A stretch of 60,610 bases of DNA, the filler included, from Sphacelaria rigidula (lineage: Eukaryota), in assembly GCA_964200075.2 (NCBI GenBank). It is 7 parts of 7 records of this genome, joined end to end, with 100 filler letters (N's around TTAATTAATTAA, not from the genome) between each part and the next. Parts side by side here need not be neighbours in the genome. Positions count along the whole stretch, not along the records: positions 17,349 to 25,922 come from CAXNAA020010737.1; positions 26,023 to 34,595 come from CAXNAA020010738.1; positions 34,696 to 43,267 come from CAXNAA020010739.1; 4 more parts are not named here. One strand, given 5' to 3'. The notes beneath the pieces were generated by a model that was given only the letters and a program-made list of their open reading frames with translations, did no database searches and was not told the DNA's origin. Both the position numbers and the translations under genes were made by a program. Each line of letters starts with the position of its first letter. Position 1 is the stretch's first letter. Shown piece after piece: positions 23,821 to 37,648 of the stretch.

Positions 23821-25685
23821 TGTCTCGCCATGAGGAGGGAATCTTACAAATAACAAAAAGGTGGACGAACGCGAGAAAATCACGGCGAGGAAAACCTAAC
23901 CACAACTTGTTTTTTCACCTCTGTTTTCGGCGAATACCGCCTCTTTTTTTGTGGTGGAACGCTGTATACGTGCACGTTCGGTCGATACGGTCAACGACTG
24001 AGAGAGGAAGACTTCGTGCTGCTCCTGCTACTCCCGCTGCTGCTGAATGATGCCTGCACACTCGCCGCCGAGCAGTGTGTCATCGTCCCCTTCGATATCT
24101 TCCCTGTACACTCAGTACCCTAGTTCGTCCCCACTGGGGGAGACCCCCATGGGCACTGGACGAACATAGCGGGGGCAACACTGACCAACGAGCGGCATTG
24201 TCACTTGCCAACGAGCGGCAGTGTCACTTGCCAACGCAAAGTCACGTGGGTCCACGGGGAACGAACGGAACGCGGACGGCACGCTGCCGACTCCGAGCAT
24301 TGACGTCCTCGGGGGGCATGACACCGCCAGGTGCTATTACTAGCTCTCACCGTTTACACGGCAAGGTGGGTCACGTCGTACACAAGATCAACGGTTCGGC
24401 ACTCATGCAGCAGCTCCCCGATCCACCTCCAGCTGGTCGGTCACCGGAACCGGGATAACCTGTTTGTCGGCGGTGAATCCACTACTGAGGCGACAACCAC
24501 ATATCGTACTGCAGCATATCTCGAAACGGGATACTGGCGGGTCAGAAAGCCCAGCGCTACGATAACCTCCAGGACTATCCCGCCGCACGAGTACGTGCCG
24601 ATGAAGAGTCGCTTCGCAGGCATCGAGCCCTACGTGTCCACACAATATCCGGCATGCGGCGCAGCGGACGTCACCAGCTGCCAGACGTGCATCCGTCATC
24701 GGGCGGGGCCATGGTGAATCAGCGCCAATCGCTGGTCCCCGCAGTGGTGAACCTCTTCTGAAGCGACTGGGAGTGAAGATGACAGTGTAGAACGGCGTCC
24801 CGTTTACTGCTCTGCTAGCGATTGCAGGATGGATGTCGTCCCGGGCAGATAACTCTGCGACGCCACCAACAGCCACGATCGGGAACAGGGCCTCCTGATT
24901 GACGTGACACGCGTCAATCCCCAGTCGGCGGGGCAACTTCAGCGGGGAAGCCTCAGCACCGACGGCGTAGGAGTCGCAACATCTGAAGTCCGCAAAAGCG
25001 TACCCTGTGCCACTCAAGGACACGCGTTTCTGGACCATCGTTGCTGAAACCTCGCCACCCTCGCGATGGAAAACTTGGAATGCCCTTTGGAATGAATGTG
25101 GGAAGGAACTGTCCCGTCAGGTGGCTACCGCTGTCGTCGTGGGGCACGAAAAGGGTAGTGGCCACCAGCAGAGGTAGTTCCCCTAGAACAGGCCAGGCAA
25201 GTGATGTTGGTGATGGCCCAGGTCGCCATCTCGAAGAGGGTCCAGTGATATCGTGTAGCACTGCGAGGGAGATTAGAAGCTGCTGGAGATGAACTTGACC
25301 CGCGGGCGTGGAATTGGAGTCAAGCAGCAGGAGAACCAAGCTGACCATTACCACCTTCCCTCCGGGCAACTGACCATGGTACATTTTTATCGTGGTGTTA
25401 TTTGTTCTTCGGTGGTGTCTGTATGGATCAGTTTATTTTTGCCGTAGGATACAACTGCATCCCCTCGATTTGGTTCATCTAGATGTAGTCACTATTTCTG
25501 AAAGTTGTCGTCATCGTTTATTGTCAATTTTTTCGCTTTGTCTCGGTTTAGATTATTCTGCTGATATTTGGTGTTGCATGTTTCGACATATACGGTTGTA
25601 CTGTATACGCATACATCCGTACATGCACGTACAAATGTACATTGGTCTATAATAGAATACCATACAATACTCGCGTTTTCCTCAC

Positions 25686-25799
25686 GAGTGTGGTGTGCTT
25701 CTCCGGGGCGATGGCCTCCAGCCGCAGCAGCGCCTCTCGGGCCACCTCCGGCGTGACCGTCAGCGTGTTGTATCCGTACATCCGTGGCCCGCGAGTCAC
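25686..25799 (-). CDS. Isolated internal exon of an unknown gene
   Basis: On the minus strand gcgcag| ... |gtgag, 114 nt, GC3-rich; VTRGPRMYGYNTLTVTPEVAREALLRLEAIAPEKHTTL. Confidence 0.6.
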
Positions 25800-25922
25800 C
25801 TGCGCCGAGGCGGCACCGGGGGAGGGGGGGTGTACTCATTTTTTGTTACCTCCAATCATTCGACTATCGACCACGGATTCCTTTCGAGACGCAGCTGGGG
25901 GGGGGGGGAGGGGGGGGGTGGG

Positions 25923-26022
25923 NNNNNNNNNNNNNNNNNNNNNNNNNNNNNNNNNNNNNNNNNNNNTTAATTAATTAANNNNNNNNNNNNNNNNNNNNNN
26001 NNNNNNNNNNNNNNNNNNNNNN
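25923..26022. other. Artificial contig linker
   Basis: N44-TTAATTAATTAA-N44. Confidence 0.98.
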
Positions 26023-29000
26023 TAAGGCTTAAATCCTTTTCTGGGCTGGCCCCGCCCGTACTGCATGTATGTTCATGAATGAGTGAATACCCCCCCCCCC
26101 CCCGTATTATTTTCGATTCTTCTTTTTTTTCGTTTCCTGGGAAAGTTTCAAGGGGAAATGCACAATGCTCTGGGACCTTGTCTCAGTTTTCAGCTCAATT
26201 TTTAGAATTGTAATTTGAAACCTATCATGGATAATCGCTACGAATGTCCCGCGAAAAAAAATGGGCTTTCATTCTTTTCTTTGAAACGTATGGGCGTTGT
26301 CGTGAAAATATACGGTCTTTACGATACGAAAGGGTCCTAAACAAAGCATATTATTGGGCCTCGCGCGCTCCGCGACCCTCGCCGTCGGTACCTCGAAAAA
26401 AAGTAATACCGCGGTGCTTCCTTCAGTCTCTACTATGTCTTCCTCTTGTTTCTATCCTCCTTCCTTAATCTACCTTCCACTCCTCTTCTTCCGCGTCCTC
26501 CTCCTTCATCTCTCCGCCCCCCCGCCCCAAACCCCGCATCCTCCTCTTCCTCTTCCTCCCTCTCCTTGTCATTCCGCAGCCCATCACTGCCTCTGCTCCC
26601 GCTGTACTTTTCCTCCTCATCACAGTCATAGTTGACGATTGGGTTTGCTGTGCTGGAACTCTCCATACGTGTGTAGTGTATGTATACTGTTGTAGTATAT
26701 GCGTGTGTCTGCGGACTGCTCTATATTGCTGCCGTGCAGCCACAGATGGGAGGATGAGAAGGTCCGAGGGTCCGTGACGCAGCGACGAACGCGCGCGCTG
26801 GGGTTCCGCACACAAAATGACACCCCAGCGGTCAAGGATAATAATGCCGAAGAGGAGGGTATTGGATATGAAGAAGAAAACGCGCGAAAGGAGGAGGGAA
26901 ACAACACCCAAGCAAGAACATACTAAAGTCAGTATTGCACGAAAACGGGGAGGGGGGTCTGTCTACAGGTTTTCTGCTGCGGAAAATCGCGAGTCTGGGC
27001 TGTCCTTTTGGAAATCTGCGCCATGCAGTTCCAATTACAGTATGCTCTATATCCCCGCCAGGATCTGCTGTGTTTCCTGAAACTCTGCGATATCGACTTT
27101 GTTTATCCTGCTGCTGTTGTTTTTGCACATCAACTTTTCGGCGCAAACACGGAAATCTGCTCTTTAAGCGGCCGCAGAATGAGTCAGGGCCTACAACAGA
27201 GGATCCCCGACCTGCGACTGCTGCTTCGTCTTTCTACTTCCTGATACTCTAGCCTGTGCTGGCGAGATGTGATTGGACGGCATGTGTTGTGCAGGTGAAT
27301 GGGTACGAATACCGTTAACCTTTTGACCCCAGCGTGTGTCAAATGGGTCTTGCAGTTTTTTTCAGGTGAAGATGATGCCGATTCAACACATGACCTGACG
27401 GTCAAACCTTTTGATCGTGGCGGGCCCTCAAACGTGAACTTGTGATCGATTTCCCTCGTAATATTTCATAATAATGATGAACGTGAGACCAAGATTACGA
27501 CCCTGGTGGTCGGAGGGTCTCTCTTCTCAAACGACGAGGGGAGGGGAGTGTGGTAATACTCGACCGCGAGATTCCCAACGCGCCCAGGCGAAACTTTGGA
27601 GCTTATCTGTCATGTATATGCACAGTGTATATCAGACCTGTTGCGCTACCTTTCGTCCACCGCGCAAAACTAAATAAATAAAAGTACGGTTGCAGAAACT
27701 CCAGTGATCCGGATTGTCGCCACCATTGACCGAGGATGGCCGAGCAGTGATACAAACAGTCCGGTACAGACAGCAGTGCTCAGTCCTGTACACAGACACA
27801 ACAGTCACCAAACAAACAGCACTACAGACCATGTTCTTTCCCGCCGATTTGCTTGCTCGCGTGATTGAATCAGAGTACGCCAATTGCTAGCGTCCTCTCT
27901 TCGCTAGTACACATGTACGAAACCGTATTATCATGTATTGGTTCAACGTCAACGTTTTGCCTCGTTCTACGCCCTGTTATCATTTGGCAAACGATTTTGT
28001 GGTGGTCTTGGTTTATGGTATCCAGAAGTAAACGAGGCAAAACTATGGAACGAGCAGTATCATCGGCTTCAGTTACAGATGCATCATGATTCTACAAAAA
28101 GTTTATGCCGCATGCTCTTTCCCCAATCCCTTTGTCTCTCATTTTCGGCAATCAAGCTGCTTGAGTCGCTTGAAAATGAAAGAATCCATCCCTCTAACAT
28201 TCACTTTTGTTGTCTGCCTTCGATGGCTCAGCTGCCTTGATCAGGTTCCTCCTTCTACTGCGGCATACTAATCTCGATCACCGTGAGACGCACACAAATT
28301 TCAAAATGACTCACAGTAACATTTTCGTCTCCGCAAATGGTTGAAAAATGTCACGCCGGATGTCTCGTCATGACGTCAGCGCTTTTCGAGGCGGAAACTC
28401 GACGGCCAGAAACGTACGTACGTTATTATTCGACACAAAAAATAATGAGTCATCCATCGTGTCCATCAAAATATCAAAAGGTCATGAATTAGGCTAGGCA
28501 GTGATAGCAGTGATAATAATAAAGTGATACAAGACCTGGAGACATGGATTCAGAAGGCCATACATACGTTTCGATTGCATCCATCAGTACATAGCAGTAT
28601 CGTGGAGGAGAAAACAGTCAGTGGTCAAGGTATTTGGCAGGAATGCTTGCAGCAAGCATACTTCACTCGCTGCACTCCAGAAGAACGTATTATTTTGGAC
28701 TCCACGTAATTTTACTGCACTAGAGCTGCAGGTTGTTGTGCACAGCTATTTGCGAAACCAGAAGTTGATCCGTGCACTCACCACGACCCGCTTGCTGTTA
28801 CACGAAACGCCTTTCTCTGTCGGCAGGGAGAGACTGTTTGAAAGACAGCGGCGCAATAATAGTTGTAATGGACTGTAGAATTGGGGGAAGAGTCGAAGGT
28901 TTGAATTTTCTTGCATTTTTAGAGCCGAAACGTAGTTCACAGCGACAGCGAATAGCGACCATCTCCCTACGTATGCTCAATTGGAGTCAGCTCTAACAAA

Positions 29001-32000
29001 CGACCGTTCCCCGCCCCTTCTGCTTCAGTCCCCTGGCGATTCCTCACAGGAGAAAGGGAAAGAGTACAGGCAAATTCGTGTGTAGAGGTTATTAGCTGGA
29101 CCCGCTTAATGCTCGTCATCACTGCCCTTCTATATTTGCTGCCACGAGCTTCAGCACCAACTTGATAGCACTTGTGTTGTCTACGTTCGCAGAGGTGGGA
29201 AATTGTGGCTGGAGTTGTGGTCCCGGACGATAGACCAAAACATGACACCGGCAACGACGGATATGTCTGGAAGCAGCCACAGAGATCACGGCGGCAGCGG
29301 TCATCGAAGAAGCGCTAGTTCCGCATCCCGGAATATTGAGGGTGGTGGGAATGTTTGGTCGCGTCAATCAGGGTCGCTTCCTGCAGCAATTGACATACCT
29401 GGCAAGGAAGAACCCGACTTGACGCTAAGCTTCTTACACTGCGAGGTATGTCGGTGAACATAAATACTAGAATGATTCATTCAAAACCGGATAATCAACT
29501 TGTGTCTTATATATGTGGGTGAAGGAGATGGAAAACCAAGAAAACTGTCCGAGGTCGTTCATCAAGTTCCTGCATCCATAAAAGGCACTGTTTGCTGGCT
29601 CTGTGAAGGTTGGAGGTTGGCACGGAAAGGTACTACTGGCACCCATAGGCTTCTTGTGTTGACAAATCGATGAGACACTTGGTTGTCATCACCTGTGTTG
29701 CTCCAGGGGCAGGCCGTACCATTAACTTTGTCGTGCCTGGCCTCCATGGTTTGCTGTACTGCACTGTACTCTACTCTACTGTAATTTCCATGATTTTCTT
29801 TTAGTGCCTTGTGAACACGTGTCTGTCTCAACATCGAGTGAAAATGTTCACCCAAATTCAACCTGGCATGAGGCTTAAACAAAAGCGGCAATTAATTTTC
29901 GTTGTTTGTCCGTGACTGCTTTTGTTTTCCCTTGAAAAACTCCACTTGTCATTTACTGATGTGTGGGACAGCGAACGCGCGTGACCACACAGTCACCTCT
30001 TGCTCTTCTTCCATCACGACTCCTCTTGGTACCGCAACCACAACAGTATTGTGTTGCCCTCAACAACATGCATACTTGTTGCGCAATTCGTACTTGAACG
30101 TCTAGTCGTAACATGAGTTGCGGAGGAACCTTCATAAACTTTGCTGATCTTCCAGTGCGCAAGTTGTCGTTCGCATGGTGATGACCACATGTTCAGAATT
30201 GTGGTCGGTTTGGCCCTTCGCGCATCCTGGTGAATCGTACACACACCCACTGAACTGGAGATGCTGTTCAAGCGGTAGGCCCACTCATTACCCCAGGGCA
30301 TATATACATCCGCCGTGCAGTGTTCCTCAATGCATGCTCCTGCCCTGCCATCATCTCAGGAGATAAATTACGTCGCAAGTATCTTCATTCAAAACATCTG
30401 CATCCCACATATTTCGCTCCTTTCTCCGCTCTTCGCACATGTGTGAAAAAATAGCCCGCCGATTCATCCGATTCGATCCCCGAGTTTTCTCTTATCGTAG
30501 TAGAATTGAGTGGTTGCAGATGACGGAGCTACGAGTGGACCTGCGTACATGTGTTGTTGAGTGACACTGCTGGTACACTACATTGCAGGATTCGTCGACA
30601 GTCGACATGCGATTGCGATTTTCCCTTCAAACATATGTGACGTGTTGCTTACATCGCTCTCTCTAAAGAAGTTGCAAAACAGGAAAGGGTAGGGCGAAGA
30701 AGATAGAGACGAAACGAGTTTCTGTACTGCGCAAGTTCTCGTTCCTTCGGACGGTTGGCGATCAAGCAATCGTGTTCTAGTTTCAAGTTTTGAGTCATCA
30801 TTACGGTGGAACGTACTATATATGTGATGAAGCTGGGATGCAGCCAAAAATTAGGTTCTTGATCCCTGCTGTAACTCCCTCTGTCACCGGCATTTTTGAA
30901 ACCGATTCTGTTACGAGGAAGGGGGTCTGATGGGTGCAGGTGTAACTTTCGAGTGTCATCACCCGGCACAAGCATTACAGATGGTTATCGATAGGTGCAT
31001 GCAACATGAGCGATTGACATCGCAAACGCCTCATTGCAAGATGTGGGTTGTCCTGGTCCATCTGTACTTCTTGGAGAAAGCAAGCTCAAGAAAATGACAA
31101 AATACTCACAATCCCCTCTCTCAGATAAACGTGTTACGAGAACTCGGGCAATACGACGAAACATCCGCCGCAATACTGCACTCGGAAAATTGGTTCCCTG
31201 CATCCTACTGCCGCGAGCGTCCATATGTTGATGTTGCTTTCCACGATTTCCGCTCTCAGTGCTCATCGAACTACTGCTGGCCGTTGGCCCTTTCCCCACA
31301 CTGAAGTTTTTCGATGCGATTGGTTTGCACGGGTCGGAGATGGAGATTCAGTGGCCATGCGCAGGCGGTGTGTTCACCGTAAAGGCGTTGGCCTACAGTA
31401 GTGGTGTTGGTACGGATGGAGGCGTCACCCAACGAGTCGATCTGCGCACCCGCCCCCCGAAATTTGCATTTTGAAGCTAGCACCAAAACATGTGGTCTAA
31501 CACACGATCGATATGCTGAAACGTGTATCATTGTACGGCACGTTAGTTTTCTTTACTTGGCTTCACAGTCGCAGACTATAGAGCAGTTTCCGAGTGTGCT
31601 GTCTTGCAGTGTTGGTGAAAGAGTGGTCGTCGGACTGCATGCGGGGATGCGTGAAGACATCATTGGAGGCATCACAAACTCGAAAAGGCTCCCGACATTT
31701 ATTACTGTACGGTGAATTTCCGTGAATATACCGAGAATCTCGAGTCTGATGAGATAGCTCTAATCATACTGCGAAATATACACTTGAATGTTTTGAATGG
31801 AGGCCATCAAGATTATCTCTGCCGGACTAGATACGCCCCGGTAGACTGTCGATGCAGGTGTGTCGTAAATTTATGGAGTGGAGATTGCAGGGACAAATAT
31901 TCTGAAAGACTCCGAGAAACAGGCCTCGCGCCCAACCCATCTAAACAAAAGATCGGAGCGAGGAACTCACCATGTCGGTGATTGCCTACACCAAAATGTC

Positions 32001-33974
32001 AAAGCCGGGGGATCTCCCCAACAAAAATTGGGAGCGTTTCGTCAGCTTCAATACTATCATCGGATCGATTTGCGTGACAACTGTTGCGTCCCAGATGTAG
32101 AAGATATGGGAGATCTATACTAACACGTCGTACTACACTTTTGCGCTGTGTTGTCCGCGTACGGAGACGAATGGCAAGATATTGCAATGTAGGTCAACCC
32201 ACCGATGTGACTGAATATTTCGATACTTGAGCCCATCGCAAACTTCTGTATAGTACGACGAACCTCATGCCATGATCCTAGGCCGTCGTGAGAGATCTTG
32301 ATGGCGCAGATTGCCTGCGCCGAACCGGTATATGCACCCTACGAGCATCACCGAAGTGTCGGAGGCCCTTGAAACTCCGCGCATCGGCGCGTCGGCAGAT
32401 GAACACATTTGCTCTGGCTGGACATTTTTTTTGCAATAAAGCTGATGCCGATTCAATCAATGAATTGACCTCGCCAACGTTAAGTCGTGGAACCCTGCAG
32501 CCGTGACAAATTATTGGGTTGAGCCGGTTATCCGTTCGAGCACAGAAGTTCATCACGAGTCGAAGTGTGCCTACTCTGATTTTTTACAATACTGCTTCTA
32601 CGGGAAGAATCTCAAACTCTCACTCGTGAAAGGCTGAAGAGTCGACCCGCTGGCAATCCCCACCGTGGGTGGTCGGCTGTCGAATTCCTGGCACATCACT
32701 GGAATGGTATCTGTCTGGGGGACAAGTGACCAACCCTGGTTGTTGAAGGTTTGGGTCTGAGGTGTTGAATACTGGGACCTTCTACTTGGTCACTGGAACG
32801 AGCAGCCATGTTCCAAGGGTGGTTCGGAACCGTTTTATTTGGCTTGGAGACTTGACGCTTGCATGGGACATGCCTTAGCCACGCATCTGTATGCCGCGCG
32901 ATCTTCTCTTCACTAGGTACTCAACCAGCACCGGTGCGGGCGTGATGTACACGAATTGTCAGGTGTTTCCGAGATCCCGTCAATTGTGAGTTCAATTGAC
33001 GGGTCGGCATGCCGTAATCTGTCGCCCATCAAAAGTCGCGGTCGTAGAGTGGGGAGGGGTTTCATCGAAAGATCTGAAAGAGGTGAACAGAGTCTTCGTA
33101 TCGCACCGAGGCTTGATTTCCGGTATCGAAGACGATGTGCGTCCTTTTCAGCCTTGAGCATCTGTGGTGGGCGCTCACACCGCCGTTACCTCACCGCGTA
33201 CTGTGATCATCCCCTGCGTTTCCGCGTCCTTTGGATCAGGAAATGACGAACGTTTTGAAGTTCAGGATAATATAACCTTCTGGTCGTGTGGAGGTACAGT
33301 CCATATTCTGGTTGTTTTGAAAGTACTCCGGGACACCATTTGGTTTTATACAGGGCCAGCTGTAAGACAGTGTATTGTGGCAAACAACAACAACAATCTG
33401 GAGACCGCATTTGTGGAGCTTCTGTGTTGTTGTATGCGCTGATGGAGAGCTGAGCGGATTTTGACACCTTGGAATACCGTCCTGTAGCCGTCTAGACGGG
33501 TCCGGCGCACCTGTGGTTTTCGGGGGGCCGCACTTTTGATCTTGCCGAAACTTGAATTTTTTACAGAGACCGCTCATTTTTTGTCGGAGCCAAGTCCTTA
33601 GAAATTTCAAATTTGTGTGGACTTGACCGGTCTCCGAGAAAATGAGTGATCTCCGCAAAAAATGCCACTTTGGCAAGAAGAAAATTGCGCAACCAAAAAC
33701 GCGCACGAGTGTGCTGGAATCGTCTGAACGAGTACAGTACGGATTCTCATGTGCCGAAATCCGCCCATCTCTCTTCCACGGAGTTGAATAACCCAGAAGC
33801 TCCAAAAACGTAGTTTTCTAGATCTTCATTCTTGTCTGCCATAAGAAGCGACCTAATATCTTCCGCTGTTCGCGCCCAAAATCACCATCCCCACTGAGGA
33901 TAGCCGACGCAGAGTAGACAAATTTCCACAGAACCGTAGGTAGGGTACTGTCCCGAGCGTACGCCCGGTATTTA

Positions 33975-34225
33975 CCGGGGTATTTCATACCGTGGTATGC
34001 GTGTGTATCGTAGGTATGAATTTTGGAAATACCTGGTTGAACGGGTGCGGTAGGTACTGAAATCTCAAAATACCATGGTATCGTAGGTGTGAGTTTTGAA
34101 AATCCCTGATTGAGCGGGTACGGTGGGTACTGGTATCTCGAAATACCGTGGTGTCGTAGGTATGACATTTGAAAATACCCGATTAGGCACCTACGTTAGG
34201 TACTGGTATCTCGAAATACCATTGT
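33975..34225. repeat. Degenerate tandem repeat, about 70-bp unit, about 3 copies
   Basis: tcgtaggtatga...aaatacc...gtactggtatctcgaaatacc recurring at about 34008, 34081 and 34155. Confidence 0.7.
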
Positions 34226-34595
34226 ACAGTATCGGCCCGCTCATAAGAAACTGAAATTCTGGCCGAGGCTGAGTTTCTTATTGGACTGAAGTGTTCAGCC
34301 TTTTTTTCTTGACTCCTAGACCGCGGTGCGGGTAGTCCATCTCGATCATGCGTACGTTTTCCAAGTGAACATTAATGCCTATTCAGCTGGTGACCTACCC
34401 TCGCGGTCAAGGGGTTAAACGTGTCTTCTTATTTCTCGTAGGCAAGTTCGAGACTGCTGGGCTCTCCTCCTATGTGTCGTTACTACGGGAAATTTCTGCC
34501 CCCCCCCCTTCCATTTTCGGAAAAAAAAATCCCCTCCCAGTAACATTGGTCCGCTAGCTGTGCTTGTAGGGGTATAGTGTAGTCTCACCAGGTGT

Positions 34596-34695
34596 NNNNN
34601 NNNNNNNNNNNNNNNNNNNNNNNNNNNNNNNNNNNNNNNTTAATTAATTAANNNNNNNNNNNNNNNNNNNNNNNNNNNNNNNNNNNNNNNNNNNN
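34596..34695. other. Artificial contig linker
   Basis: N44-TTAATTAATTAA-N44. Confidence 0.98.
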
Positions 34696-35144
34696 ATGAA
34701 AGTCATTTGTCTTGAATTTAGTTCAGGGAAAGCATGGCTTTGGAGTTGAACCTCATTTTGTTTTTTCAACCCCATTTTCGAGAATCCGCTGTTAATTGCT
34801 GGCTTCGTTATCTCATGTCTATATTTGGGTTGGCTTCTGGTAGGGCAAAGAGAAAAAGATGTGGGTGGCGTCGTTATATCGTTATATCGTTATATATATC
34901 ATGTCTATATCCAGGTTGTTTCCTACTATGGTGACAAAAAATTGGTGAATTCATGTCTAGTATATCTATTCGTCTAGGCTGGGGAGCTCTTTTGTCCAGT
35001 GTCGGTCTCCGGTATATATATGCACGATGACAGTCTAAATATATTTCATGTCTTCTAGGTACTGGTGGGTTGTTTTGCGGCTTGGTTGCCACATGAAGCC
35101 AACCCAGGAACCCAGGAGAAGTCTAGAGGTGAGGAAGGGGTGAC

Positions 35145-35176
<32 letters not shown>

Positions 35177-37407
35177 TGGTATCTCGGGGGGGGGGGGGCC
35201 CCGGACTGTTCAGCGGGGCCCTATAGGGGATCATGCGCTTGGACTTTTTCGGAGAAATTGGATGTTTCCGACTTGCCAGAGGGGGAGCTACCCAAAATGC
35301 AGTCGACGCCGGATCTTCAAAGCAAGTGGTAGTATGCCTCACGTTCATCTATCGCCTGACCTAGGTGAGAAAGCTGCTGCCCCATCTTCGGGGAAAGTAG
35401 AGACTGTGACGAAGGACTTCTCAACGTAGTGTTCATCCTCATGGAGATCGAGAAAAAAATGATGAATTGTTGCAAAACATATACATTTACGAAATACTGA
35501 TTCATCTAACTGGTAATATCTTCTGTCCTGCGGTGGGGTTTCTCCACAACCATGAGTACTTTGTCAGCGGTTCGGATGGTCAGGTTTTATTCCTGCTCCG
35601 ATACAAGGTCTGAGATTCCACTCCCCGCCTCTGGAGGCCACCCCGATTCAACCATCATTAGAGATCGACGCCCCAGTAGGCGGACTGAGATGGACTATTG
35701 TATGCCACATTTGGAATTCAGAGCAGCTCTTTTCTCGCTACACGAAACGCCCTTTTCCACGTTCATGTGGATTCTGGGCATCCATATAGAACACAGTCCG
35801 GGAGAACCCCTGACCGGCTTCGGCCCTGCAGTTTTTCGCGTACAAAATCAATATGTTCCCTGTACAGTATGCAGAACCGTGGAAGTGGGTCATAGTACAC
35901 AGTAACCACCTCTAGACCAGGGCCCTACAAAGTATTTCCGTCATGTTCACATTTGCACCGTCAAACAAATTGATCCTTCTTCATTCGCAGCGGAATCAAT
36001 CGCTTGTACCGGGAAAATGAGTGAAGAGTCGGAGCGTAGCGAGATCTACGGTTTGTGTATCGGGACGAATCTTTACGTTGTCACATAATGAAACGGATCC
36101 AGCGGTCGGATTACAGCGATGCAGGAATCGGGCTCAGCATAGTTGCACAACAATGAATATGGGAACCGGAGAGAGAGATTCAGCTGCACAATGATTCAGA
36201 AAGAACGACAGTCAGTGCTATTCGGCAATATCGTCAAGCAGCGTAGACAGCGTTTCTACGATACTGTGCTGAACTTTCCGTACAACAACCACCTAGGATT
36301 CCGGCCTCAAGAGGTGGAGCGTGAAATATCAAACCTTTTACTCGTACGTACTACTGTAGTAGGGATGAAACGTGGCAATGTGGTTCATAGACACAGAAGC
36401 CATGGTTGTGGAGAAAACAGCGGTGCTGGCCGCGAATTGCCAGCAGTACCGTTGGAGTCATAGCGAAGTATATGCACAAGGAGGTCTTGTACCAGGGAGA
36501 CCTGAGAGAGAGGTTCGAGTTCATGGTCGCAATACCTGGGGAAAATGCAGCAATTAACTCTTAGACCGCGAGGTTAGTCTTTTGGCGAATCGGCATCAAT
36601 TTCAAGTGAAAAAAAGTATGCATGATCCAGAAGGACTAATCTCGCGGTCTAAGGGTCAACACACGTCTCGGGCACAACGGCTGCACACCCGGTACTGGGG
36701 AAATTTGAATCTTATGTCCCAAACTCTGCAACCGTGTCTTGAAGAGCCTCAGTTCCAGTTCGGCACCAATAGATTTATGCTCAAGAAAATTTGAAAAACT
36801 CGCTTATCCTAGCCCGAACCCTGAATCCCAAATCAAGGCATACCGAGAGTCCTTGGGCAACGGGGGTGGAAAGGATTCCGCAGGCAAAGCGTGCGTTGGC
36901 AGACCTCGCATCGGCGCCTGCGGAGCAGTTTTGAACGAAAATGCGTTCTGCGCACGATAATAGGAGGACTCGGGACTGTCAGTACCACTCAAGAACACAA
37001 TACTGGTGTTTGAATTCACATCAACCATGGGTAGTTCGAAAAATCGAAAGAATTTTCTCATACATTTGATCGGGTCAAAAATTTCAGTATTTGTGCCCCT
37101 TCGCTGTTTGTACGGCACGTTCGCTGCACGTGGGGCACATTCTCATCGTGGGCCATGTGCGTTCGCAACGCACTCCTAATAAGCGCTCCAATCAGGCTAC
37201 AGTAACGTAGAACGACTCTGAGGTGCGAAACGCTGTGCCCACCGACCTATTAGCCAAGTCATTGTAGGGATAGAGTACGACCGCAGCTCTCCGGGCCACC
37301 TGTCGATCTGATAACTTGGGCAACTGATTATTCGTACGGAGGACACGTCCATCGAGTCAGTATCAGCGACTGACTGCTCCGTCTTCACCAATCGACATAG
37401 TAGCAAC

Positions 37408-37648
37408 ATGAGGCAGATGATTTCGGCAACCGGCGTTGGCCTGGCGTCCTTGCGTCTGTTCGGCTACGCCGTCCTAGCCTGGACTCTGTTCTACTTGGCA
37501 AATGCCCGTGGCAAGTGGTACCGAGGGCATTTCTTCCCCAACGACGACCTGGAGTACGAACTCAATGTGGGCGTGGCCATCAGAAGCTCCCATAACCAGA
37601 AGGCCATTTTTCTGCTGCTGTTTCCCATCCTAGTCGTCGTCCTCGGAG
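37408..37648 (+). CDS. Probable first exon of a membrane protein (two hydrophobic segments)
   Basis: caacATG start; LRLFGYAVLAWTLFYLANARGKWYRGHFFPNDDLEYELNVGVAIRSSHNQKAIFLLLFPILVVVLG; GC3-rich; donor ggag|gtgaag. Confidence 0.55.

Noticed and set aside
26433..26926. Acidic low-complexity ORFs
   Set aside because: Purine/pyrimidine-biased simple sequence with no convincing splice-site pairs or motifs.
28797..35757. Shared LHETPFS peptide (tacacgaaacgcc) in two contigs
   Set aside because: Only 13 nt match and the flanks do not align; likely coincidence.
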